64,000 nucleotides of DNA, from the NCBI GenBank assembly GCA_049966155.1, contig JBMFVE010000001.1:722169-786168 (forward strand), read 5' to 3'. How positions within the stretch are numbered: position 1 is the stretch's first letter; each line of letters begins with the position of its first letter. The translations under genes were made by a program, and so were the position numbers. The notes beneath the pieces were generated by a model. It saw nothing but the letters and a program-made list of their open reading frames with translations. It was not told where the DNA came from and made no database searches. Shown piece after piece: positions 10,327 to 22,100 of the stretch. Source of the stretch: Candidatus Kryptoniota bacterium. Its GTDB lineage: Bacteria; Bacteroidota; Ignavibacteria; Kryptoniales; JAKASW01.

Positions 10327-11635
10327 TAAAACGAATCCTCAACGGTTAACCATAAAAGTGGACTATCTTGCAAGAGTGGAAGGCGAGGGTTCCATGTTTG
10401 TCAGGGTCAAGGATGGTGAGGTGTCAGACTTTAAGTTCAAGATCTTCGAACCGCCTCGCTTTTTCGAGGCGTTTCTTCGTGGACGAAGATACTCTGAAGC
10501 CCCTGACATCACAGCTCGAATTTGCGGGATTTGCCCAATTGCATACCAGATGAGTTCAGTTCATGCAATGGAATCTGTCTTCGGCATTCATGTTGATGAA
10601 CAGGTTCGCCAGTTACGGCGCCTTCTTTACTGCGGTGAGTGGATCGAGAGCCACGCTTTACATATTTACATGCTGCATGCACCAGATTTCTTGGGGATGG
10701 AAGATGCAATCCAACTATCCAGAGCAAATCCACAGCTTGTTCAAGAGGGGTTGAAGCTAAAAAAAGCTGGAAATGAGCTGGTCTCAATTCTTGGAGGTAG
10801 GGAAATCCATCCTGTCAGCGTTCGGGTTGGGGGGTTTTACAAGGTGCCGGAGAGGAGCGATCTGGCGGGAGTTCGCGACCAACTGTTGTGGGCTAGGGAG
10901 GCGGCATACAAGACAGTACGTATGGTTTCGACATTTTCTTTTCCTGAACTGGAGCGCGACTATGAGTTTGTTTCTCTGAGACATCCAAACGATTACCCCA
11001 TGAACGAAGGAAGACTTATCTCAAACAAAGGACTCGATATAGACATACGAGAATATGAACTGGTCTTCCAGGAAAAACAGGTCCCTCATTCAAACGCACT
11101 GCAATCAATTTTAAAGGGACACGGTGATTATCTTGTGGGCCCACTGGCGCGTTTTAACCTAAATTTTGACAGGTTATCAAGTTTGGCTAAAGCCGCCGCC
11201 GAAGAGGTCGGGTTCATCCCTCCAGTTAAAAATCCATTTAAGAGCATAATTGCGAGGGCTGTGGAGATCCTTTATGCATGTGATGAAGCTATACGAATCA
11301 TTGACACTTATGAAAAACCCGAGAAGCCATTTGTTGACTTTCGCGTCCAACCGGGCTTTGGATTTGGATGCACCGAAGCGCCTCGTGGTATCCTTTACCA
11401 CAGATACCAGATTGGCGACGATGGGTTAATTAAAGATGCAAAGATAGTTCCTCCAACTTCACAAAACCAGGCGTGCATTGAGCATGATCTCAAAGAATTC
11501 GTTACCGCCAATTTGCAACTTCCAAAAGAAGAACTGACATGGAAGTGCGAGCAAGTTATACGCAATTATGACCCGTGCATTTCTTGCGCAACGCACTTCC
11601 TTAAAGTTGATATTAGAAATGAAACGACTCGGTGA
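10316..11635 (+). CDS. hydA: Group 3b NiFe-hydrogenase large (alpha) subunit
   Basis: ARVEGEG, L1 [16 protein letters not shown]2 DPCISCATH plus cleavable C-terminal tail. Start ATG 10316 (track 10094 overlaps hydD). Confidence 0.95.
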   Translation: MKNNKTNPQRLTIKVDYLARVEGEGSMFVRVKDGEVSDFKFKIFEPPRFFEAFLRGRRYSEAPDITARICGICPIAYQMSSVHAMESVFGIHVDEQVRQLRRLLYCGEWIESHALHIYMLHAPDFLGMEDAIQLSRANPQLVQEGLKLKKAGNELVSILGGREIHPVSVRVGGFYKVPERSDLAGVRDQLLWAREAAYKTVRMVSTFSFPELERDYEFVSLRHPNDYPMNEGRLISNKGLDIDIREYELVFQEKQVPHSNALQSILKGHGDYLVGPLARFNLNFDRLSSLAKAAAEEVGFIPPVKNPFKSIIARAVEILYACDEAIRIIDTYEKPEKPFVDFRVQPGFGFGCTEAPRGILYHRYQIGDDGLIKDAKIVPPTSQNQACIEHDLKEFVTANLQLPKEELTWKCEQVIRNYDPCISCATHFLKVDIRNETTR

Positions 11636-12122
11636 ACAGGGAGGCAATTTTCGAAATCTCCGAATAGCAATAATTGGGGTTGGAAATGAATTTCGCGGAG
11701 ATGATGCTGCAGGCCTGCTATGCGTCAGAAATTTAAAGAAATGTGTTCATCAAAATGAAGCAGAAATTGTAGAACTATCGGCCGATATCTCGACTCTCCT
11801 GGAGATTATTCCAAAATGGGACGCGGTTATTATTATAGACGCAATTCAATCAATTGCAGCCCCTGGAACAATACTTCGAATTGATCCCGCTAAAGCAATC
11901 AAAACAGGAGTTTACTTCAGCTCCTCGACCCATAGCATTGACCTCTTTGAACTCATTAAATTATCTAAAATCACAAACAAACCAGAAGTACGGGTAGTGG
12001 TTTATGGAATCGTCGGAAAAAACTTCTCATTTTCAACTATCGTCTCCCCTGTTGTCAAAGTTGCTACTGAACGTATTTGCGATCGTATTAAATGGGAGCT
12101 CCGTAAATTAGGCTACGGCTGA
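11619..12122 (+). CDS. Hydrogenase maturation protease (HyaD/HycI family)
   Basis: [22 protein letters not shown]. Start ATG 11619 (track 11568). Confidence 0.9.
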   Translation: MKRLGEQGGNFRNLRIAIIGVGNEFRGDDAAGLLCVRNLKKCVHQNEAEIVELSADISTLLEIIPKWDAVIIIDAIQSIAAPGTILRIDPAKAIKTGVYFSSSTHSIDLFELIKLSKITNKPEVRVVVYGIVGKNFSFSTIVSPVVKVATERICDRIKWELRKLGYG

Positions 12123-12175
12123 GTAATGCTATACCTTTGTTTAAATCGACAGCAGGAGAGTTAGTGAAAACTGCA

Positions 12176-12868
12176 TCAATTCATTTTCGCTTCTGCCAGA
12201 TAAAAATCTACATTTTCCGCGTACGGCGAATTCGGAAATTCTTTCTGAACTCGTGTAAGAAGTTCAACTGCTCGATCCTTTTTTCCTATCTTCATATAGT
12301 TGCGGGCTGCCCCGACTAAATACTCTGGTGTTAAAAAGTTTTTTGAATCCCGAGAAGCAGCCCTTTCATAGTACTCCGCGGCTTTTTCATGGTTTCCCTG
12401 AATGGCATAAACTTCTGCAACTCCTGCAAGTGCACTTGCCTGAAGAAACCTGTCACTACCATCGTAATCTTTGAAGTATTTCATCGCATTTACATAGTCA
12501 CCAAGATAATAATAACAATCTGCCAGATAAATCTTTGCTTCTTCACCAGATTCTGTGCTACCGTAATTGTCAACAATGGCCTTCAAACCCGTAATGTTTC
12601 TGGCAGGATCACCATTTATGGCTAATTGATACGCTCCACCGTTAAAATAATCAATTACATTGGCAAGCTGTGCCGCTGCTTTACTATTGTTAGACCTAAT
12701 GTTATTAAGGTATGACACGATCACGATTACCGCAATAACAAGTGCGGTGATTGTTCCACTTACCATCTTTCTATTGTTTCGAATGAAATCGGAAACTTTA
12801 AAATATACCGTAACCAGACGATCCTGCTTTAACTCTTTCTTTGTTATCTTCTTTCGTGGTTTAAGCAT
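12176..12868 (-). CDS. Membrane-anchored tetratricopeptide-repeat protein (YfgM-like)
   Basis: Basic N-terminus, one TM helix, TPR helices, ends EFPNSPYA. Start ATG 12868 (track 12901). Confidence 0.8.
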   Translation of the reverse strand: MLKPRKKITKKELKQDRLVTVYFKVSDFIRNNRKMVSGTITALVIAVIVIVSYLNNIRSNNSKAAAQLANVIDYFNGGAYQLAINGDPARNITGLKAIVDNYGSTESGEEAKIYLADCYYYLGDYVNAMKYFKDYDGSDRFLQASALAGVAEVYAIQGNHEKAAEYYERAASRDSKNFLTPEYLVGAARNYMKIGKKDRAVELLTRVQKEFPNSPYAENVDFYLAEAKMN

Positions 12869-12961
12869 GTTTAATCCTTTTATAAAATTTAGCATTAACA
12901 CAATTAAAGGAAAAGAGATCTTGTATATCCATGGACACGCAATATGTGTACAAGTGTTTAA

Positions 12962-14614
12962 TTACATTCTCTCCGGTGCTGAAATTCCAAGAATATTAAA
13001 GCCGTTGGCAAGAATGGTTCTGGCTGCCAGGCAGAGAGAAAGCCTTGCCATTGACAGATCCTTTTGGGGAATTACTACCCTGTGCACGTGATAAAAACGA
13101 TGAAAAGCCTCAGCAATAGACTGAAGATAGTTTATTACCCTGTGTGGTTCAAATGTAAATGCTGCGGACTCCACCACATCAGGAAAATCAGCAAACAACT
13201 TTGCAAGATTAATTTCTTCCTTTTCCTTCAAAAGAGAAAGATTTGCATTTACATTACCATTTACCAATATCTCTTCAGTTCTCAATCCCTCTGACTCTGC
13301 AAACCGTATAATGCTGGCAATGCGAGCATAAGCATATTGAAGATAAAAAACGGGATTTTCATCACTTTGCTTTTTTGCCAGCTCTATATCAAAATTAAGA
13401 TGCGTCCCGATGCTTCTCATTAAAAAGAAAAATCTCACGGCATCGGAACCAACCCAATCGATCAACTCATCAAGAGTTATGAAGTTTGCTCGCCTGGTGG
13501 ACATTTTTACAACTTCACCATTTTGCAAGATTGTTACAAATTGATGAATTAAGACCTTTACTTTTTCAGTATCATAACCAAGCGCCTTAAGTGCAAGCAG
13601 AACGTCAGGATAGGTGGCTATGTGGTCAGCTCCAAAGACATCCACAATAAGTTCAAACCCCCTCCGGAACTTTTCGATGTGATATGCAACATCAGGCAGC
13701 CGATATGTTGGTTCACCACTGTTCTTCACAATTACTTTATCCTGTTCACCTCCCACCGCGCTTGCTTTAAACCACTTTGCACCCTCTTTTTCATAAACCA
13801 AATTTGCCCTTTCGAGAGCGGCAATTGTTTCATCTATCTTACCACTTTCGTAAAGAGAGTTCTCATTATAAAAAACATCAAACTCGATCCTGAGTCTTCT
13901 TAAGGTCCTTTTTATTTCTTCAAATATTTCCTGTTCGGCTCTCTGCTTGAAGATCCCTTCTGCCGGTTCGTTTAGTAAGCCGTCTCCATATTCTTCAAAA
14001 AGATGACGGGCAATATCTCGAATGTAATCCCCCTGGTAATAATCTTCCGGAAATTCAGTTTTCTTCCCAATGAGCTCAAGGTATCTCAACCGAACTGAAT
14101 CGCCAAGAATCCGCATTTGCCTGCCAGCATTATTAAAATAGTATTCCCGCGTAACATCATATCCTGTCCATTCAAGGATATTGGCAATCGTATCACCAAA
14201 CACAGCATTTCTGCCATGACCAACTGTAAGAGGGCCAGTAGGATTCGCACTTACAAATTCGACCTGTGTTTTCTTTCCTTTTCCAACATTTGAGCGACCG
14301 TAAGTTTCACCTTCAATTAAAACCTTCCCTATAAGAGATGTGAAATAGTTTGAAGTGAATGCAAAGTTTATGAAACCTGGTCCGGCAATTTCAACCTTCG
14401 ATATAAGTGATGAATCATATCTGATGTTTCTAACAATCTTTTCCGCGAGCTGCCGGGGATTTGTTTTTAATTCTCGGCCAGCAAGAAGAGCTATATTTGT
14501 TGAAAGATCCCCAAAAGATTCATTTCTGGGTTTCTCAAAGAGAATTTCTGAATTTATCGAAATTCCTAGGCTTAGCAAACTATCCTGTACTATAGATTTC
14601 AGATAACTCTTCAT
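12962..14614 (-). CDS. argS: Arginine--tRNA ligase
   Basis: AGPGFIN, EFVSANPTGPLTVGHGR, FGADH, KMSTR, NPVFYLQYA, APERM. Confidence 0.97.
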   Translation of the reverse strand: MKSYLKSIVQDSLLSLGISINSEILFEKPRNESFGDLSTNIALLAGRELKTNPRQLAEKIVRNIRYDSSLISKVEIAGPGFINFAFTSNYFTSLIGKVLIEGETYGRSNVGKGKKTQVEFVSANPTGPLTVGHGRNAVFGDTIANILEWTGYDVTREYYFNNAGRQMRILGDSVRLRYLELIGKKTEFPEDYYQGDYIRDIARHLFEEYGDGLLNEPAEGIFKQRAEQEIFEEIKRTLRRLRIEFDVFYNENSLYESGKIDETIAALERANLVYEKEGAKWFKASAVGGEQDKVIVKNSGEPTYRLPDVAYHIEKFRRGFELIVDVFGADHIATYPDVLLALKALGYDTEKVKVLIHQFVTILQNGEVVKMSTRRANFITLDELIDWVGSDAVRFFFLMRSIGTHLNFDIELAKKQSDENPVFYLQYAYARIASIIRFAESEGLRTEEILVNGNVNANLSLLKEKEEINLAKLFADFPDVVESAAFTFEPHRVINYLQSIAEAFHRFYHVHRVVIPQKDLSMARLSLCLAARTILANGFNILGISAPERM

Positions 14615-14997
14615 TTCAGCTTCTTATTATTTTTTCTGCCCGTATAAACTTTGTCATATATTCGCTGGACCTTAGCATCACCCCATAATTTCTCAAGTCC
14701 ATAAAACTCCCGAGCATTATTGTGAAAGACATGTACAACAATATCGACGTAGTCAAGCAGTACCCACTGCAGGTTCTCGAAACCTTCAGTGTGCCATACA
14801 GATTGGCCTTCCTTTTCCATGCCGGTCATTATGGCATCTGCTATTGCTTTGACCTGAGTTTCGGAATCGCCGGAACATACAACGAAATAGTCTGTCATTG
14901 TGGTAAGTTTTCTCAAGTCCATTATTACCACATTGTTGGCTTTCTTTGTTAAGGCCAGTTTCGCTATTAGTCGTGGCAATGATTTTCTCCGCGCCAT
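14611..14997 (-). CDS. rsfS: Ribosome silencing factor
   Basis: DYFVVCSG...QVKAIAD...WVLLDY.DIVVH...YGLEKLWGDA. Confidence 0.95.
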   Translation of the reverse strand: MARRKSLPRLIAKLALTKKANNVVIMDLRKLTTMTDYFVVCSGDSETQVKAIADAIMTGMEKEGQSVWHTEGFENLQWVLLDYVDIVVHVFHNNAREFYGLEKLWGDAKVQRIYDKVYTGRKNNKKLK

Positions 14998-14998
14998 T

Positions 14999-15484
14999 TT
15001 ACTCCAGTGCCCATTTCGGTTTTAGTTTTGAAAAGTCCTTTCCTATGAGAACCTTCACATCTACATACGCATGAGGATCAATCTTTTGAACAACATTGGA
15101 TCTGTCAACTCCAAGCGCAGATGCCACTCTTTTTGCATTCTCGAGATTTCCAGCTGCGTCAACAACCTGAGTAATTTGCCTGTCAAAGGTCGAACCATTC
15201 CCCGATTCAACTACGTCGAACCCTCGCCTTCTGAGAAAGTTCGTAAATATCAAAGCAACATTCGGCTGACCACACTCGTTCTCAACACTCACTTGAATTA
15301 CTCTCTCTACTCTTGTCGGGGGAGTGTCATCTGTACGTTCTGATCTTGCTGGGGGATGTATAAACAGTCGATCCAGGAACGAATAAACAAAAAGGAGTGC
15401 AATACCAACAACAACTATCCGAAAAGTGTACGCAGCAAGTTTTTTCAAATTTATTGTGGATTTGATCCTTCTCCTATTCTTCAT
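14999..15484 (-). CDS. LytR C-terminal domain membrane protein
   Basis: N-terminal TM; VSVENECG, GFDVV, DVKVLIGKD; typical position upstream of rsfS. Confidence 0.8.
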   Translation of the reverse strand: MKNRRRIKSTINLKKLAAYTFRIVVVGIALLFVYSFLDRLFIHPPARSERTDDTPPTRVERVIQVSVENECGQPNVALIFTNFLRRRGFDVVESGNGSTFDRQITQVVDAAGNLENAKRVASALGVDRSNVVQKIDPHAYVDVKVLIGKDFSKLKPKWALE

Positions 15485-15561
15485 TTAAAAACATTAGAGA
15501 ACACAAGGTTTGTCATAATCCCGGTTTTAATTTATCCGCAAAAAATAAGCAACAATACAAA

Positions 15562-16062
15562 CTACCTTGGTTCCCTATACCATCCCCATGGATTGCTGAA
15601 ATAATAAGGGCTATAATAGTATGGGTTGTAAAATCTGGCCATTGGATTCTGATTGAACTGAATGTCAATCTGAAAATTATTTGACGGATGATAATTCAAC
15701 TCAGCACGGGTAAGATAAATCCCATTAAAGGCTTGAGAAAATTTATTTCCCATACTATTGTATGGAGAATTGATTAAGCTAACGTCTGCGCTCAGTGTAA
15801 GCGGATCGCTTATCTTATATGAAAGGCTGTTAGTGTACATTCCAACAGCAATCGACTGGTTGCCTAACGTCATGTAGCTCATCGACAGGGATTGCCGCAT
15901 TGAAAGGTTTGCCGGGTTAAAGAAGCCGAAAAGGAGCCCCTCACTCGGTCGTAAAAGCGAACTTTCAACGCTCGGCTGGTCATTAAGCTGCTGCTTGAAC
16001 TGTGCAAACGCTGAGGAAACAACAACCATTATAATTACGAATATTATCGATATCTTTTTCAT
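15562..16062 (-). CDS. Hypothetical secreted protein
   Basis: Signal peptide ending AFAQ, beta-rich core, Tyr/Pro-rich tail; GGAGG SD. Confidence 0.7.
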   Translation of the reverse strand: MKKISIIFVIIMVVVSSAFAQFKQQLNDQPSVESSLLRPSEGLLFGFFNPANLSMRQSLSMSYMTLGNQSIAVGMYTNSLSYKISDPLTLSADVSLINSPYNSMGNKFSQAFNGIYLTRAELNYHPSNNFQIDIQFNQNPMARFYNPYYYSPYYFSNPWGWYREPR

Positions 16063-16286
16063 CTTTTTCCTCCACTAACACAAGAATTTTAAACAACTCG
16101 CAAGTAAATGTCAAATCATCAAACAGGTACCGGTATATTTCCGCCTTAAGGATTCCTCAATTAGATGCAATTTTGCACTGAAACGTTTAACATAAAAGGC
16201 CAGCATGTGACCAGTCCATACACTAACGTTATACTGGCATCGTTTTATTAGAAACCAAAATAAACTTCTGTCATCAAACCAGTGGA

Positions 16287-16523
16287 ATGAATATGGAAAA
16301 AATAACTTTACATACCACAATTGAAGAAATCGTAACGGAACTACCAGAGTCTGTAAGTTATCTGATGCAAAAGGGAATAAAGTGCATTGCGTGTGGAGAA
16401 CCTATTTGGGGAACACTGGAATCAGCCGCAAAGGAAAAAGGGTTCGATGAAAAGACAATAGAAAAGTTCGCAGAGGAATTAAACGAACTCGCTGAAAGGA
16501 AGTATACCCGGAAGAATTCCTAG
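16287..16523 (+). CDS. DUF1858-like small protein
   Basis: TIEEIV.ELPESVSYL..KGIKCIACGEPIWGTLE.AA. Confidence 0.75.
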   Translation: MNMEKITLHTTIEEIVTELPESVSYLMQKGIKCIACGEPIWGTLESAAKEKGFDEKTIEKFAEELNELAERKYTRKNS

Positions 16524-16541
16524 CAAATCATCAATTTATTT

Positions 16542-19130
16542 TCAATTCAAAATCTCGCTCACTTCTGCCGTCCATGTGCATGTCGGGTAGTTTGAACAGC
16601 CAACAAAAAGGCCCCTTTTGCCTCGTCGTATCTTGAGCCTTCCACCACAGATGGGACACTCCTCGCCCTTCTCCTCCAGAATCGCTTCAATCATCCTGGC
16701 ACCAGCAGGGATTGAAACACATCCAGCCTCTGAACACCTGGCAACATATATTCCCTTGACGATAGCTAATTCAAGTCTCCCACCACACTGAGGGCAGTAT
16801 GGGCTTGCATCATACCCATCTGCTGATATTTTATCGGAGTCATGAGGCAAAATATTCAAAAGGGCAGACACGACTTCCCGGTTATCAATTCGAAATGAAA
16901 TTGGAGTCTGTCGGTTCAATATGTCAAAAACACTAATAATGCTGTCGTCAATAATCCAGATGAAGTAAGGAGCTTTTGTAGAAGATATAAGCTTTACTGA
17001 CTTAAGATTATTCTGCAATGTGGTCATCTCCAGATTCTTAAATTCCTGGGATGATTCAATGGTGGGGTTGAGCACATACCTGAAGAATTGAAGCTTTGTA
17101 CTTGATGGCTGAATCAGCCTTATGTTCTCAGTAGAATTTGCCACATCCCTTAGTAACATCAATACACCCCTCGCAAAATCGTCATGGAAATTTAATCCAG
17201 GAAAATTATTTATTAAACCATTTTTACCAAAGGAGCTCAATTCTACGGGATGGATTAACTTTTCAGTACGAATTTTTGTAAGTACCGAACGAAGCAGAGT
17301 ATCTTCATCTGCTCTTTCTTCCAGGTATCGAAAATTCCCAACAAATATCAGGCGTTTTTTTGCTCTGGTGATTGCAACATTTAAAAGTCGTTCAGATTGA
17401 CTCACATCATCCAATTGTATTGGAGAACTTGAGTGCAACAGCAATCCAATTGGAAGAGGGTTATCGTCTACAAAATCAAAAACGATTACATCTCTTTCAT
17501 TCCCCTGAAACGTATGAACTGTTGCAACTGAAATAATAGCGGGATCAAGCTTCATGCTCTTCAAAGCACCTTTGAGCAGCCGAACCTGAGCACGATATGG
17601 AGTGATAATCCCAACTGTCTTTGCACCTCTTTTAAGAGCGTCAAATGCAGCACCAAAAGAAATCAATGCGGATAATAGGTTGGCCCTGCTGTTTGAATGA
17701 GCCTCATGAAAGCATTTTGGCTGCAAAGCTTCTGTGTCGTAAAATAGAAGTTCGTCACCAATAATCGAAGCCTGCTTCGATTCCACTGTTTCAAGGTTTC
17801 CGCCGTACATTCGGTCGTTGATAAGATCTACCAAAACTTTGGGCATTCGATACTGTCTTCGCAAAATTTTTAAGTGTGCAATCTCATCTTTTCTTAGAGC
17901 ACTCCGAACACCTATCTCCCGAAAAATATCCCTTGAAAGTATATCCAGTACCCTTGTTGATGACTGCGTTATTGGCGGGATTTGCATAAAATCGCCAAAA
18001 ATTCCTATCCTTTTTTTTGCCAAAGAAGCAGCAAAAAAGACATACGGCAAATACATCATACTTGCCTCATCCACTAGGACACTGTCAAAGCTTCGCGAAT
18101 ACACTTCAGGAGCAATGGCTGATTTTGCTGCAGTGCACGCAACAAGATTCGCATTTTGAACGAGCTTGCTTTCTATTTTGTAAGCTTCCTGCCTCAGCTC
18201 ACGAAGCTTGTTGCGCAAATCGAATAACCTCTTTGAAGCTGTTGCGGCTGTCTTTTTTCCTGTGCTTCCTTTTATCTTATACAAGAGAGATCTGGTTTCA
18301 TTCTCTATCTTAGATATAGATACATATAGAGATGAAAACTTGTTGCGTCCAACATAGGAAGGGATTGCCCAGGGGTATTCTTCAATTTCTGGAAGGCGTG
18401 GAATACCCAGTCGGAGAAACTTCCCATCAATGTAATCCTTCTCGTTTTTTAAATAGTGTAACGTCTTATACATGGCAACGTCCACAGCCATATTGGTGTT
18501 GGACAATATTAAAACCTTCTCCCCATTGGCAACAAGATTTGCAGCTGCATATGCAAGCGTTTCAGTTTTTCCTGTGCCCGGGGGCCCCCAGACAAACGTC
18601 ACTTTCTGACTACAAACTGCTTTCACAGCGCTTATTTGGTATTCGTTTGCGATGCCAGACTTAATTGACAGTGAAAAACTGGAGATATCGGGGCTTACGT
18701 GTACATCAGTATCAGGATAAAAAACAGAAACAGCAACAGGCAAGTCCTCTCCTGATTTTTCTTGCAATCTTTCTATTAATTCTTCAAGAAGAAAATAGGC
18801 CGCAGCTCTCATTTTCACCAGTTCTGCAACATCACCAATAAAGCTTTCAAGCAATAACACAACGCGATCACCCTCTACCCCCACAACAAAACCCATTGTG
18901 ACTTCATCAGTAGTTTCAACCTCAACCGGGACATCTTCAAGGGATCTTAGATCTTCCTCGATTGTGAACTCGTATAAAAAACCCGTTTCTGTAATGCCAA
19001 CTTTATGGCCCTCTTTCAAGATGTAGCTATGCGAAGCAAATTTCTTTTGAGCTTCTATTTCGTTTTGTAAAGCTGTTATAAACAAACCGATACGTTTTTC
19101 TAATTCTTCATTCATGTTACTCTCATTCAT
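16542..19130 (-). CDS. SF1 (Upf1/DNA2-like) helicase with C-terminal topoisomerase-type C4 zinc ribbons
   Basis: WGPPGTGKT, VDEASM, GDFMQIPP, QYRM, TVHTFQGNE, NVAITRAK; C-terminal CPQCGG and CPICGG...GCSNYPTC. Confidence 0.88.
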   Translation of the reverse strand: MNESNMNEELEKRIGLFITALQNEIEAQKKFASHSYILKEGHKVGITETGFLYEFTIEEDLRSLEDVPVEVETTDEVTMGFVVGVEGDRVVLLLESFIGDVAELVKMRAAAYFLLEELIERLQEKSGEDLPVAVSVFYPDTDVHVSPDISSFSLSIKSGIANEYQISAVKAVCSQKVTFVWGPPGTGKTETLAYAAANLVANGEKVLILSNTNMAVDVAMYKTLHYLKNEKDYIDGKFLRLGIPRLPEIEEYPWAIPSYVGRNKFSSLYVSISKIENETRSLLYKIKGSTGKKTAATASKRLFDLRNKLRELRQEAYKIESKLVQNANLVACTAAKSAIAPEVYSRSFDSVLVDEASMMYLPYVFFAASLAKKRIGIFGDFMQIPPITQSSTRVLDILSRDIFREIGVRSALRKDEIAHLKILRRQYRMPKVLVDLINDRMYGGNLETVESKQASIIGDELLFYDTEALQPKCFHEAHSNSRANLLSALISFGAAFDALKRGAKTVGIITPYRAQVRLLKGALKSMKLDPAIISVATVHTFQGNERDVIVFDFVDDNPLPIGLLLHSSSPIQLDDVSQSERLLNVAITRAKKRLIFVGNFRYLEERADEDTLLRSVLTKIRTEKLIHPVELSSFGKNGLINNFPGLNFHDDFARGVLMLLRDVANSTENIRLIQPSSTKLQFFRYVLNPTIESSQEFKNLEMTTLQNNLKSVKLISSTKAPYFIWIIDDSIISVFDILNRQTPISFRIDNREVVSALLNILPHDSDKISADGYDASPYCPQCGGRLELAIVKGIYVARCSEAGCVSIPAGARMIEAILEEKGEECPICGGRLKIRRGKRGLFVGCSNYPTCTWTAEVSEILN

Positions 19131-22100
19131 CTCATCTTTTTTGCTACAACGACCTGCTTCTTGTATGTGCCAAATATCGACCCATCAGGGCCAGCAACCT
19201 CAATATACATTACATAAATTCCAAATCGAACTAACCTGCCGGACTCATCTCGCCCATTCCAGACGACATTCCCGCTCGCCGGCAAAACCACATTATCGAC
19301 CGGTACAGCAATACAACGTCCCATCATATCAAAGATACGAACCCTCATCCTTACATAGGGAGCATTAAAGCTATAGCTAATAAATGTGAAATCGTTATAT
19401 CCATCTCCGTCAGGTGAAAACGGATTTGGCTCAATCTTTAAATCGGAGCTTGTCCTTAATCGTTCAACAAATATGCTATTCTTTTTCCCGGGTGTGCCTC
19501 CCGATGGAGAAACACTGGACGACCAGCTGGACTTTTCATTGGATGGGAGTAAAGGATTGATCTTTTCAAGAGATCTACCCCGCGTCAATGTAATATCTGA
19601 ATTGTGCCATGATGGCATATAGTACACACTGTCTATTATACCTCCGGAACTATCGAGAATGACAATTGAACCACCCTCATCACGCAGAGATAACGACCTA
19701 TCAAGGTTTGCAATTGAGCTATCAGCTATCTCTTCACACAAAGCTGTATCGGAAGTTATTACAAAATATCCGCCTGGCATTATTTCTTTTCGGGTCTTCG
19801 TTATTAAAGAGTTTTGCCTCCCATTGACTCTATAACTCCATCCAGTTAGATCAATTGGAGCAGATGAATTTCCATACAGTTCAAAATACTCACCTCTACC
19901 GCTGTACATTATCTCGTTTATAACAACGGTTTGAGGCGCGTACCTAACGAATAGTAGAGACGAGAGTGTATCGTTCCTTGCACGCATGTCAAGCGGGTTC
20001 TTGATCGTTAACATACATCTATAAACTCCAGATACTGGTAGCAAAATTTGATGCGATAGCTGAACACTGTCACCCGGATTTAATATAATTTCTGAGCTAC
20101 CTGACGACTCAGAAATTACCTCAGTCTCCCCTACTTTGAAAACTCTTAAAACAAAACTAAAAGATGCCATTTTGTTCCTGCCAACATTACCTATCGTTGC
20201 GACAACACTTGCTGCTATATTTGCATCCACAATTTTAGGCATTATCTGTAATGAGTTAATGGAGATATCGTATGGAAGAATAGCAACACTGTTAACTGAC
20301 CCGGGTGTAGCACCGGTAGAGTCGACACTCTCAGCCCAGTTTACACCGTTAGCACTGGATAGATAGTCTATTCTTTCCAGCGATTTTCCAGTGGCTCCCC
20401 CCATCACAGGCAAATAAGAGACTGAATCCAACAAGCTTCCGCCATTGTCATACAATAACACCACATCACCATCATTATGTAATGAGGGAACAGCTTGCAG
20501 AACGAGGTTTTTAACTGGACGATGAAATCTGGCGACCGTTGAGTCTTTACAAATAACAAGATAGTCACCGGGATCAAGAACTATTTTTGCGCCGATCGTT
20601 ACACTTGCGCTTCTGGTTGAAATCCTGAATCCACTCATATCAATTGGTATAGCGTCAGCATTATAAAGTTCAATCCATTCTTGTTCAGCGTTTTTAGGTG
20701 CATACATGAGTTCGTTAACCACAACACTCTGTTTTCGCACACCCGCTTTCAGAGTCAAAAAAGCCACATTATTGCTAACACGCTGATCTTCAGGGGAAAC
20801 CACGAGCACTCCCAGGGTAGTTGGACCCTGTGAAGGCAACATTACGATAAAATTTACCCGTACTGAATCTGATGGTAATATCGATGGTACTTTTTGGGAG
20901 TCGATTTCTTCACCTCTGTCTATTGATAAATTTGAATTCAAATCATAAAAAATCTTAACCATAGATTCAGATGCAACCTTATTGCCACGGTTCACTATGT
21001 AAAAGCTCACAAATGCTGAATCTCCAGCACGTATTATCTGAGGCGCTACCGATATTGACCCAATTGAAAGATCGTAATCCGTTGGACTGATACTGTTAAT
21101 TTTGTTCGGCGTGCTGCCCTCCACATCAGAACACGTTCCAAAGTTTTTTCTGTCAGACGAACTCCCGGTAGCATTAATTCTTTCAAGAGATCTACCACCT
21201 CTGTCTCCTCCCCAAGAGGGCTCATAGGCTACGCTGTCTATGGTCTTACCACTCTCATCTTTTATGACGACAGCATCTCCTGTGTTGTTAAGTTGTGGTA
21301 ATGCTGTAACAAAAACTTTTCCCGTAACTTTCAAATGAGCGGAAAAAAACGAAGTATCATGAGCCACTATCACATATGAAGATGGAGAAGCAATGTAATC
21401 TGTTGAAGAAATTATCGCTTTTGCAGATGAATTGTCCCCAACGGTAAATCCTTTTAGGTTAATAAACCTATCTGTTGGATTAAACAATTCAATCCATTCA
21501 GACTCTCCTCTGGAAGGAGCATACATAATTTCATTGATAACTATATCGCGTTCATTGTAACAATGAACAATGTCCGTGACAACTGAATTATTGGCAATAT
21601 TCTCATCAGGAGGAAAGTTTACAATCGCTTTTGCCCGACGGCTTACTGAGGAACACATTGTCGAAAACTTAATCGTTAATGAGTCGCCAGAAAGAAGTTC
21701 TGCTATCGAATGGAAAGTACCTGCCCTAATGAAGAAGTTTCCTGAATCACTGGTATCGGCAAAGAAGTCTACTGAGTATCCCGACGCCTCACGGGTACCT
21801 AAGTTTCTCAGTGTAAGGTTAAATTCAACTGTATCACCGCCGAACACAACGGCCTTCAGTCTCACAGCTTGTATATCGTATTCACTTTGAGCTAAGCTAT
21901 TTTTTTTGCCCGGTGTACTGCCGGAAGAGTCGACCGAAGTCGACCAATTTGACTGCATAAGCGAAGAAACATTAAACGAAATTCGTTCCAGGGACTTTCC
22001 ATTGCCGCCACCCCATGCATGAGAATAAAACATCGAATCCACAAGTTGACCTGAAGAATTTCGTATTGATACCGTGTCCCCAGTGTTGACCAGAAAATAT

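Noticed and set aside
11560-11600. Selenocysteine (NiFeSe) hydrogenase
   Set aside because: The L2 motif is DPCISCATH with ordinary Cys codons.
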